Assembly (NCBI RefSeq): GCF_009914755.1
Contig: NC_060926.1
Direction: 5' to 3' (one strand)
Origin: the human T2T-CHM13v2.0 reference genome, Homo sapiens
DNA: 64,000 nt
Below the pieces are notes generated by a model. That model was not told where the DNA came from. It saw only the letters and a program-made list of their open reading frames with translations, and made no database searches. This document shows, one piece after another, positions 52,271-64,000 of this stretch. The translations under genes were made by a program, and so were the position numbers. How positions within the stretch are numbered: the stretch's first letter is position 1; each line of letters opens with the position of its first letter.

Positions 52271-54596
52271 CTTCTCAGGGTATAACATTTAACCCCGGGG
52301 AATACTGGGAGGATGGTTCCGATAAGCCACTCACTGATCCTCCTTTAATGTTTATACAATTTCATTTTTACATCAAAAGATCATTTACCAAACACCTACC
52401 TAGTGAGTTATTGAGTTTATTACTATTATTTGGAACTCATAAACTCACATGAGGAATTTTGTCAGGCTTAAAGGGGGTGCCAACCCACTCTTCTGCCCAG
52501 AGTTACCTGCAGCAGCAAGCCATCCTGCAGACTTCCATGGGGTAAGTGTCCACAAAAGTCACTGGAAGTCCCCATTGGTAGTCATTTAGAAGGACGCAGT
52601 GTAATCAAAGGACCATCACTGTTGTCTTGAATGGGTCGTGATTTAAAATTGCTGGTCTTTTTGGTCTTTAATGATAATTTATATTTGTTTCATCACTATC
52701 AATTTGTTTTCTATGGGTGATATGGTTCACCCTACAGTATGTAGGCAAGCAGGTTGGCATCAGTATAAACCATGGCCTACACATTCCTAATAACTAGAAC
52801 TTAAGGCACGCAGCTTGCTGTTCAAATATAAATAACCTCAAAGCCAAAGCAGATGTGTGTATACGTAATCCCTTCAAAATCTGCATGAGATTGATATTTC
52901 ATCATAGTAAGCGTGTTCATTTCCCACATGAAATTGTAAAGGCAGTGGGTAGGATAGTGGTGCCAGCAGAGACATTTAAGCAGCCCTGAGCCAGGCTCTG
53001 AGCAGAGCTCTTGTCATTTTTCCTTTTTTTTTTTGCTTTGGGAAGAAAAAGATATCTTCCCCTGGCACCCTAGGCCCACCTCCTTCAGGCAGAATTGCCA
53101 GTTCCTCTGGCCCCTGCCTCACCCCCTTCCAGAGTTCTCTCTACTTAACTCCACCCTCAGGCTCCACCCTTGAAGGGCACAGCCCAGCTGTACTGAGTTG
53201 AGGTTTTTCTGACCCTCAGAAATAAGCAGTTAGCAACATCCCCAGCGCCTGTCTTCTTTCTGCTCTTCCCAGGGGGCCCTTGACTCACCACCAACCCACA
53301 GGGGAAACCACAGAGCACAGCAGCCCAGCGCCGACTGCACCTCCCCGGAAAAGTTCCTGGAGGTTCAAGAATGGCTCCTCTATGTTGACTCCCTGTCTCA
53401 TCTCAGGTGCCATGCTGGACTTTTATATACGGGGTCTTAACCCCCCACCACAGCACAAGCCAGCAAGGTGGGGCTTCATGCAAATGAGGCGGCTGAGGGT
53501 CAAAGCAGTGTGGTGGCCACCCCTCACCAAACTGAGCCTGTTCCCAGTAACTACTCCCTTTACCGTCCCATGCTGGAGGCCAGCGCCCAGCCAGCTCCTC
53601 TCTGTGCCTTTTTTTTTTTTTTTTTTGGTTTTTATTACATCCAATCCCATTTATGTGAATGTGCACAAAAACAGCAAGATCTTGCTGGTTTGGAACTAGG
53701 ACATACTTAATTTTAAAAAATATTGAGGATTATTTACACATAGTGAAATGCATAGCTCTTAAGTGAACCATTCAATGAGCTCTCGGGTGCAGCTGGACCA
53801 AGTTAACAACAAAGCAGTACACAGGGGTTTAGCTAAGAGGCCAGGATGAAGAAACTAGGAAAGGAGCCACTCACCCTCACACAGCTGTACCACCCCAAGT
53901 TCCCCTTCGCATTCCCACTGAGGGCCTGCTGACATCCTGTTTAACATGACTGTCAAAACAACTCTTGTTATGCTATCTCAGCCATGTTTATGAGAGCAAA
54001 ACCACTTGGGAGTAAGCCAAATGTCCATTAAATAAACTACAGTGCCATCCATACAATAGAAAATACCATTGAGAAAGAACATTAATAGACACGGAAAGCT
54101 GCCTGTTAAAGGCACCTCATAAAACACCAGTGTTAACAGTTGTTCTGAGTGTCCGGATTATGGGCAACTATTATATTCTTCTTCTGATTTGCCAGTACTT
54201 TGTGCAACAAATGTAATAGTAAATAAATTTTATTTGTTGAAGGTGCTTGGCTCTACATTGTTACATCTGGAGGAACAGGGTGTACACAGGAAGTGTAGAA
54301 ACGCTACAACAGCAATCTCCCTGACAGAACTGAGATGAGCAGCGGGGAACGCCTACATGCCCTAGGACAGGAATCTGTGGCTGGCTTTCTCTGGTTCAGA
54401 AGGTCTTACTCTGTGCAAGAGCTTGCACACATATCTCATCATTTGGAGGAAACTAACTGGTTAGCACCCCAGGCAAGGCTGGCTGTTCTCACTGCCCCTT
54501 CCATGTGGTTTACTGCCTCTATGGTTTTGTTCTTCCCACTCCCTCTTGCTGAAGAGCCCTCTGGCATGGCTCAGCAGATGTAAAGTCTATCCATCC

Positions 54597-55489
54597 TGAG
54601 GCAGGATAATGGCCCCTCAAAGATGCCCCAATCCCTGCGTCTTGTAAATATATCATGTTGCATTGCAAAAGAGGCTTGGCAGATGTAATTGAGGTTACAG
54701 AATTTAAAATAGCCAGAGTACAGCTGGGTACGGTGGCTCACGCCTGTAATCCTAGCACTTTGGGAGGCCGAGGCAGGTGGATCACTTGAGGTCAGGAGTT
54801 AGAGACCAGCCTGGACAACATGGCAAAATCCTGTCTCTACTGAAAATACAAAAATTAGCCAGGTGTGATGGTGCATGCCTATAATCCCAGCTACAGGGAG
54901 GCTGAGGCAGGAGAACTGCTTGCACCCAGGAGGCGGAGGTTGCAGTGAGCCAAGATTGTGTCACTGCACTCCAGCCTGGGTGGCAGAGCAAGACTCTGTC
55001 AAAAAAAAAAAAAAAAAAAAAGCCAGAGTAGCCCAGATCATCCAGGTGCACCCAATCTAATCACATGAGCCCTTAAAAGCACAGAACTTTCTCCCGCTGG
55101 AGTCAGAAGAGAAGTGGCAGAACTCAACAGAAAGATTGGGAGCGTGAGAGGGACTTGACCCCCATTGCTGAAGGCTACGTGGAAAGCATGAGGAGAAGGT
55201 GGGCAGCCCCCAGCTAACAGCCAGCAAGGAAGTGAAGACCTTAGTCCTACAACTGTAAGGAACGGCCAACAATGAGCTTAGAAGCAGATTCATCCCCAGA
55301 ACCTCCCAAAAGGAACACGGCCCTGCCAAAACCTTGATTTTGACCTCGTGAAACTCTAAGCAGAGGACTGAGTAGAGCCACATGTACCCACACTTCTAAC
55401 CTACAGAACTGTGGAATAATAAAAATAGGTGTGATTTTAATCCATTAAATTTGTGGTCATCTGTTATGGCAGCGATAGAAAACAATACA
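54597..55489 (+). mobile_element. MLT1E-like MaLR LTR interrupted by an Alu
   Basis: ggcaggataatggcccctcaaagatg...cagctaacagccagcaagga...ttgtggtcatctgttatggcagcgatagaaaacaataca. Confidence 0.82.
54722..55020 (+). mobile_element. AluS
   Basis: Full Alu with A20 tail; TSD AGCCAGAGTA. Confidence 0.93.
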
Positions 55490-56375
55490 CTATCCTTCAG
55501 GATCAATGCAAATGCCACCTCTGTGAAACCTCCTCCAATTCCTCCCTCCATATACGTGAGCGTTCCCGTCTCTGAATTCTCCAAACACTCTTCCCCAGGT
55601 CTCTTCAGCCACCACCATGGTCCACCTGGTCTTAGGGTTATTTGTGCACATGTTGTATTTCTCCTGCTATATAGACTGCGAGCTACTTGGGGCAGTATCT
55701 GAGGCTGATTCATCTTTATTTTCCTTTTAGGGCATTGCAGAACGCTTCATACGTAGTCAGAGCTAAATTTTTGTTGGAAGGATGTCTTCCTACCAGTAGA
55801 TGGATGTTTATTGTTTAATAAAATGAATCTCTATGGCAATTAGGAATTAAAATATGGACCCCGGAAATATTTGCAAATATAGAAAAGAGTAGCCAGTGAT
55901 GGATACTGACAGCATAAGAAAAACTAGAATGTGCAAAAGTAGGATATCTAAATCTTTTTGATGCTTGGAATCTGACTGCTGTGGCAGTTGGTCCTAAGAT
56001 GTACATTAACACAAAAAATAAATAGGATTACAAGTAGGATTCTAAAATATAACCTCTTAAAACTTCTAGCAACATGGAAGTTTAAGGAAATGAATGTTCC
56101 TCTGCTGCTTCAAATAGATAGAAATGTTGTAGAAACTGTAATATAATTTTTTAATATCCAGCTGAGCTCAAAATAAAGAAAAGGAAACTCTCAGATTCCA
56201 GAGAAGAGAAAACTCCAAGTCAGACTGTCAAGAGCAATGGCTGAGCAGTCCAGTGGGCTTGGGAACAGGACATCGGTCCTCATGGCTTGGCTTAGGGATT
56301 TAACATCCACAGGTGAAGATGAGATGTTCTCAGGCTGATGGAGGTAGAAAGCTGAACTTCTATACCAAATAGTAC

Positions 56376-57130
56376 CTATAGCATAATAAGAAACTTCTAT
56401 TTGGTCTTCATCCCTGGTTCCTGATAGAGAATTCCTAAATTGCTTGGAACTTGCTAGGTGATAGGAGTATCTTTTGTTCCAATGAGGTTACTTTTGGTGG
56501 GCTTCTAGACAGCTTCAGAATGGCGACTGGTTACCAAAAGGACCAAGCCTTGATACGAAGCCTAGAATTTTTAGCATCACTCTACCCTCCCACACCACCC
56601 CATCCTCCCCAGGAGGGAAGAGGGGCTGGAGATTGAGTTAATAATAGAGTGTGCCTATGTGATCCAACCTCCATAAAAAACCTCTAAACGATGGGGTTCA
56701 GGGAGCTTCCGGGTTGAACACATCCATGTGCCAGGAGATGGGGGCACCTCAACTCCATAGAACAGAAGCTCCTGCACTTAGGACCCTTCAGACCTTTTCC
56801 TATGTTCCCTATATGCCTGGAACTCATCTGGTTGCTCATTTGCATCCTTTATAATAAGCTGGTCAATGTAAGTAAAGTGCATTCCTGAGTTCTGTGAGCT
56901 GTCCTGGCAAACTATCAAACATGAGGAGAGAGGCATGGGAACCCCTATTTATAGCCAGTTGGCCAGAAGTACAGGAGGCCTGGCACTGAAGCAGGGGCAG
57001 TCTTATGAGACTGAGCCATTAGGCTGTGAGGTCTGTGATAACTCCAGGTAGTTAGTGTCAGAATTGATCTGAACTGTTGGACACTCTGGTGTCCAGAGAA
57101 TCAGAGAATCGGTTGTAGTGTTGGAAAGCA
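56376..57130 (+). mobile_element. MER21-family LTR
   Basis: ttggtcttcatccctggttcctgatagagaattcctaaa...gaggggctggagattgagtta...ttcctgagttctgtgagc...aactccaggtagttagtgtcagaattga. Confidence 0.8.
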
Positions 57131-57689
57131 CCCTATGTAGAGTACCCATGAAGAGGGGAGAGAAAAAACTATTCATTAGCCTGTGGAAGCAGCAAGAAAG
57201 CATTGTATCTACTCAGAGTTCTTGGGAAGAAAAGAAAACAAAAAGTTTATATGAAAAATCAAAATTCCAGGTGTGGGGTCTATATTTACCCAGCACACAT
57301 GGTAGAAGCTCACCTTTGAACTGATAAAAAGGCAATAAAAGCACAGAAGACACATGTGCTCTATAGGGAATCGTTCCCCAACCCACAGAGCACAAGTTCA
57401 CCACAGGAAACGGAACACTCATTGAGAATAAGCTTATAATGAAAAAAAAATGATCTATGTGAATAAATATTCCACATTGAAGGAAAGAATTAGACTATGA
57501 GAACTTGTAAAATCTGTTAAAAATAAATTGTACTTAAAATGTTAGAAAACACTTCTGTGAAGTTCTTACTACATGGTAAGCATTGTTCTAAGCATTTTAC
57601 TTGTTTTAAAGAGATGAAAGAAGGAGTAGAACACAATGATAAAATACAATAAATGGAAAAGGAAATAGTGTCGATCATCACATACGAAG

Positions 57690-58053
57690 CACTACCAAAA
57701 TTCCCCATGCACTGGCACTTGGTAGAGCTACATGACTTGTTCTGGCCAGTGGTCTGTGGCAGGTGGTGCTGCGTGTTAATTCCAATATTGGCCATAGGAT
57801 AGCTAATGTGACATCCTCCAGATGTCCGTTTCCCTGTTGCAGACACCCAGTAAGCCTCATATTCCAGGTAGTGCAACTGCTAGATGATGGAGCCTCTTTC
57901 TTCCTTGGTCTCTGAGTGACCGTGTAGAACAGACCCCACCAAAATCCACTGGGTACAAAGGAGTGAGAAATAAACTATTGCTGTATTCAATCATGGAGAT
58001 TGGGAAATTTGGGATTATTTTCTTTCTGTAGCATAACCTAGTCTGTACTAACT
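57690..58053 (+). mobile_element. MLT1J-like LTR
   Basis: catgacttgttctggccagtgg...gagtgagaaataaact...gtagcataacctagtctgtactaact. Confidence 0.65.
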
Positions 58054-58059
58054 CAAGTG

Positions 58060-59390
58060 AATGTGAAAAAAAATCAGAATGTATGAAAATAAAAGTAAAG
58101 AAACTAAGACTAAAAACTCGATTTACTTAAACATGAAAATAGACAGAGTTGAAGAGATCATTAAATAATTGAAATGTAGACCTAGGAAATTACCCAGAAA
58201 GCACCACAGAGATAGAGATGAGAAATATGAGGCCTAAAGATACATGGAGGATAGAATTAGAAGTTTCAGTACAAATCTATTTAGAAGTTAAGGAAAGAAA
58301 GGATAGAGAGAATGGAGGAGAAATAATGTTGCAATAAATAAGGGCTTAGAATTTTCCAGACTTGAAAACAAGTTCTCAGGATAAAGAAGCATGGTGAATT
58401 CCAAGAATAATAGGTAAAAAGTTAATCCATGCCTAGACAACAGAACACCTTAAAATAGAATACTTTAACAGAAGAAAAACAGCCAGAGAAGAGATAGTGC
58501 CTGCAAAAGAAAGACAATTACGCTGGCATCAGAAAAATACATTCCAAGGGTTTGGGAAATATAACTACTCAGCTAAATCAATAGCAGCTAATTCAGCGAA
58601 ATCATCATTTATGAATGAGGGCAAAATAAAGCCTTTTTTTTAACAAAAAGAGACAGAGCTTGCCATTCACAAACTCTGGCTGAAAAACTATGAAAGCGTG
58701 TGTTTCTAAAAGAAGGAAATTGAAGCCAGAAGGAGGGAGTGGAATAAAAAAGCAATAACGAGAAAAACAAAGGTAAGCGTATGAGTAAAACTAAATATTT
58801 GCCTGTACAAGAATAACAACAATGACTAATCAGAGTGTTAAAGTGAAACTGAAACACTTGATTATAGCCACACGGAGGAAGAGAGGGGAAAATCAATTAA
58901 TGCATTCTAAGCTTCTCATCCTGTTTGGTGACAACATAGAAATATTAATTAAACATAGGCTTTGCTGAATCAAGTGTGCATGCTAAAAATACAGAGATGA
59001 CTTCTAAAAGAATAGAAATAGGATGTAGAAGCACGAAACTCATATAAAGAATGAGGTGGGGAGAATGGTGGGGCAGGGGAAGGGTCGGGGGACAGGGATG
59101 CTTGATTAAGCCAACAGCAGACAATGAGAAAAAGAGAAAGAACATGGTCAGTAGTGACACACCAAATGAGATGATAGAAATGTCAAAATAGGCTATTAAT
59201 CACAATTAATGTAAACACATTGTTTTGCCAGTTAAAAGAGAAATATCCTTAGATTGCATTTAAACACACACGTCCATCATGCATGCTATTCATAAGAGGC
59301 CAAACCATACACAAACTATGTGTATTATTTATTAGAGACTCAATAAAACGTGACACGAACAGTTGAAAATAAAGAAATGGGGAAGGTATG
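58060..59390 (+). mobile_element. Ancient L1M ORF1/ORF2-start remnant
   Basis: A-rich, with ggaaattacccagaaagcaccacagaga...atggaggataga...gagagaatggaggagaaataat...aattttccagacttga. Confidence 0.55.
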
Positions 59391-59968
59391 CTCCAAAATT
59401 CCAGTGTGGGCTATGTGCCTTAGAGGAAAGCTCTCATGCATTGCAGAAGGAGGCATGTTCAAAATTGTTCGCTACATTGAAAAGGGAAGATGATAAACAG
59501 CATAAACATCCAATGGTATGGGGATAAAAAAATTAATGTTGGCATGTAATAAAGCACCATGTAATGGATAAATGGCTAAACCAGATCAAATGGGCCCAGA
59601 TGAATAAATATTAGAAGCATAACATTGAGTAGAAACAAGGAATTGCAGAAGGCTATCACAATATGATATCATGAATGTAGATCTTTTCCAAAGGAAACTT
59701 TTTATTGAAGAATGATATATATACATACATACTTACCTAAAATGTACAAATCATAATGAACAGTTCAATGAATTATTGAAAAGTGACCTGGCCTGGTAAC
59801 CTGCACTCACATAAATAGAACATGACCAAGCCCTCCCAGAGGCTCTCCCCGAGTACTACATACCTCCAAAGGTAACCACGATCAAACTTCTAACCCTAGA
59901 GGTTGGTTTTGCCTGTTTTTGAAATGTATATATATGTGATCATACAGTGTGAACTCTTTGCGTCTGGG

Positions 59969-60606
<638 letters not shown>

Positions 60607-61840
60607 TTATGTTTGTGAGATGCATCCTAATGGAAGTATGAAGCTGGATTTTATTTATTTTCTTTGGTATGCTGGTATTCTATTGTATGGATATGCTGCA
60701 ATTAATTTATGAACTCTGTTGGTGATCTACATTTGGGAATTTTGGGGGACTATTACAAGCAGTGCTTCTATGATCGGTCTTGGACTTTTCTTCTGGTTCA
60801 TATGTGCAAGCATTTCGCTTGGGTATATGCTCAGCAATTGCTGGGTCAGAGGGTATGCATACTTTCAGCTTTAGTAGAGACTCATAAACAGTTCTCCAAA
60901 TTGGGTGTACCATTTTACTACCTTAGCAGTGTGTGAGAGTTCCAGTTCCTTCACCTCTTATTCACACTTGATATTTTTAGTCTTTTTAATGTTAGTCATT
61001 GTGGTGGTTAATGGGTGTGAATTTTAAAACACATACGCTGTGCACTGCTTAGGATATGTTCACATGCATTAAAATATAAAAACATGGATGGGAATGTTTT
61101 ACATCAACCTTAGGATGGTAATTACCTCAAGGCAGAGGGCAAAATCTCAGAGTGGGGTGATAAAATGGGAAGCTTCAACTGTACTTGTAACATTAATCTT
61201 TTACCATGGGAAACAAATATGGGCAAACAAACATTTTTTTAGAACCAGGTGGGAAGTATATATGTGTATTTTATCGTTCTCTATATTACTTATGTTTGGT
61301 TCATACTGTAATTTTCTTTTTATTTAAGAAAAATGTTTTTAAAGGCAAAAATAGACCCTCCACAAGGAAGAAGCAAATTCACAAATGTACCTGGTTGTAA
61401 ACACATTTGAAACATGACTAACAAACCAGATAGTCCACTCCTGGGTATAATTTCCCCAATACATAGAACGATGTTAAGGAACTATAGTTCAAACAAAACA
61501 CATAATTATGTGCTCTGATAAGGGATTAGAAGCAAATATCAAAGTTAAATATCATCATTTATGATTCTTTTGCAGGGAGGGTAATTCACTATGCTGGAAT
61601 GGATACCGTATGAGTGTCCATTTACAAATAAGAATTTCTTGGTACGTTCTTGCGCTAGAAAATTTCTATTTTGTAGAGAGATTGCTATCACACACTTACT
61701 ACAAAGGACCGACGTTATCGTAATGAAACAACTAAATCAGTAGAAAGAATAGCTAAGGAGACTTGGCTTTTAATTCTGCCACAGCCACCTCCAGAATCCT
61801 CCGTTGCCTCCTCCCCACCATCCAGGTGGTAGGCTAGACT

Positions 61841-62059
61841 CAGCTTTCTCCACCTCAGTTCTACTGACATTTTGGGCTGAATAATTCTTTGTTGCAGTGG
61901 GCTGCCCTGTGCAATATAAGATGTTTAGCGGCATCCCTGCACTCTACCTGCCTGATTCCAGGAGCCACCACCCCTCCCTGAGTTGCAGCAACCAAAGAGA
62001 TTTCCAGACATTGCCTAATGTTCCCTAAAGGTAAAATCACCCCCAGTTGAGGACCACTG
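61841..62059. mobile_element. MER20 hAT element
   Basis: tttctccacctcag..ctactgacattttgggctgaataattctttgttg...tccagacattgcc...cccagttgaggaccactg. Confidence 0.85.
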
Positions 62060-62847
62060 GGGATTGTCCCTTCCAACTCTAAAATGTTATGCAATCCTTT
62101 GAGCAATACACATAGTTTTCTCAGAGCTTAGGTAAACGAAGTATGAAGAGCCAACAATGGCCAGGCAGACAGCTCAGGTCATGTGTGTGGCTACTCAATT
62201 GCTATCTCAAGAAAAGAGGAGCATTTGATGGAGCAATAGAGGAAACTGATAATGCTTTGACCAGGGATGTTATCTACTGTGAGAATGGGGCAAGTGGCTA
62301 TGGAAAATGATTGAGGCTCCGGAGAAATTGAACGTATTGTCAAGATCAACCAAGCACACACACTTTACCTCACTACACTGGGTCTCAGCTCCCAATAGAT
62401 TGGGAATTCCCAGCCACATATTACATTATAGCAGAGTGAGGATTCCCAGCCATACAATACCCAGAGAGTAGGGAGGGAAGAATGTGATTTGTTAGTAAGT
62501 TATGCAAGTAGAAAATGGTATATATCCTGTCATAGGGTGGTTCCCAAGAAGCAAAGCCTTAAAAGATGGTATAAACTCCCAGATGAGGGGACTTCTGTTT
62601 TAGCTGAGGGCAATTCTCAAGATAATAGGCAGATGTGTACTGTCAGCTGCCAACATTTAGAGGAACTAGTAACTCCCAGCCAAGGAAAAGGATTTGCAAT
62701 AGTGTCTACTACAAGTGTATAGCATAAACATGTTTGGACACTAAATTTACAAAATTGTTGTACATAGGCTTGGAGAATCTTGGAACAGCAAGGGATTGAC
62801 ATTTATTGAGCACCTAACAACAGGTGTCAGATGCTGTGCTGAGTGTC

Positions 62848-63072
62848 TTTGTTTTCTTTTATTTTCTTTCTTCCTTTTGAGACAGTCGCTCTCTGTTACC
62901 CAGGCTGAAGTGCAGTGGTCTGATTTGAGGTGCACTGCAGCCTCAAACACCTGGGCTCAAGAAATCCTCCCGCCTCAGCATCCCAAGTAGCTAGGACTAC
63001 AGGTGCACACCACCGAACACGGCTAATTAAAAATTTTTTTAGAGACGAGGTCTCACTATGTTGCCCAGGCTG
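62848..63072 (-). mobile_element. 5'-truncated AluJ inserted in a MIR
   Basis: TSD TGTGCTGAGTGTCTTT/TGTGCTGGGTGCCTTT; MIR core (acaaatgaggaaactgaggctcagagggtgagt) resumes at ~63140. Confidence 0.85.
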
Positions 63073-64000
63073 TGCTGGGTGCCTTTCATTGACTATGTCA
63101 TTTAACTTCACCACACTGACAACAGGTCTTATTCTCCTCCACTTACAAATGAGGAAACTGAGGCTCAGAGGGTGAGTAATGTTCCCAAGAGAAGAGAACT
63201 TATGAAAATACTGGAGCTGAGTAGAGCGTTTGCTGGCAGCCCTTGCTCTTTACACTTGAGCCCCTAGCTTAGCCCAGCATCTGGCCTTTTAAAAGGAACA
63301 CATGGCATATATAGTTGAGGAAGGAGAAAACCTGATTTTGGGACTTAGGAACATGCATACCGAGTGCCTTGCAAGCCAATCTCCTCATCAGCTGAAGGCC
63401 ACAAATTACCAACAACTTTACTACAGCCACATCTCCCAGAGGCACAGCACTCCTGGCCCCCAGCAGTGGGGATGGAGAATGGGGGGTGTTTCCAGATTAA
63501 AGTAGTGCATAGGAGAGCCCAGAGCTCCACACTACTACAGAACCACCACGGGACCATTGTCACCAATCCACAAAGGCCTATAAAGTACACAGGGTCCTGG
63601 CAGGAAGCCCTTGGCCCACTCCAAGAAGACAAAGAATACTTTCACTTGATAAGACTGATGGCTCTCAGGAGGATGGAGAAAGGGTCCAAGACCCCATACA
63701 TTCTGCCATACATTCTGTACCCTGGGAAAGGCTTATCATTAAGCAACAATCAGGACTCCCTGGGGTGTGGAGGAAATGACCTTTGGGCCATTATCAACAA
63801 TGCCTCCCAACCCCCTCGCCTTCTGGAGCTGCCTCCCACTCTGAAGTGACTGTTCTGGGTTTGGAAAGAGAAGCAGGGAGTCTGATTCCTAAGGCAGGTG
63901 CTTTTCTACTGACAATGAGCCAGGCATGTCCTTTCCCCTGGATTCTGAGACCAAGATGGAGGGATGGAAGAGAGTGAACAGGTAGAGAGATGGTTGTGAT

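Noticed and set aside
55867-55880. Perfect 14-bp palindrome ATATTTGCAAATAT
   Set aside because: A few isolated palindromes of this size are expected by chance in 64 kb
63300-64000. Possible XDH terminal exon or the 161-aa ORF at 63364-63849
   Set aside because: No xanthine dehydrogenase-like peptide in the ORF track; XDH is only expected, from memory, beyond the window end

Overview
Human genomic DNA; a human-lineage AluYb8 supports the species call, and the locus is recalled from memory as chr2p23 downstream of EHD3, toward XDH. The first ~3.6 kb hold the end of the last intron, the final coding exon (319-846, EH domain) and the 3'UTR of EHD3 on the + strand. The remaining ~60 kb show no protein-coding exon I can support and are dominated by transposable elements. 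These include a dense set of solo ERV LTRs, most with visible TG...CA ends and target-site duplications: an ERV1-class LTR in the EHD3 3'UTR, MER41A, LTR10F, MLT1A0, the HERV-W LTR17, MER39, LTR8, a MER4-type LTR, an LTR1-type LTR, MER21 and several MLT1s. There is also a near-full-length L1PB on the - strand (~39.8-46.4 kb), a processed RPL21 pseudogene with two Alu insertions, ~15 Alus, MIR/L2 and DNA-transposon relics, and microsatellites. Most notable: (i) a 3.3-kb co-oriented LTR cluster with an LTR10F carrying five tandem AP-1 sites and a HERV-W LTR nested in a MaLR LTR, bracketed by a ~417-bp local direct duplication with a complex junction; (ii) a candidate distal EHD3 poly(A) signal inside an antisense ERV LTR; (iii) a pristine 5'-truncated AluYb8. 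I found no evidence for a new protein-coding system. Repeat subfamily names come from recognising consensus sequences by eye and should be confirmed with RepeatMasker/Dfam.
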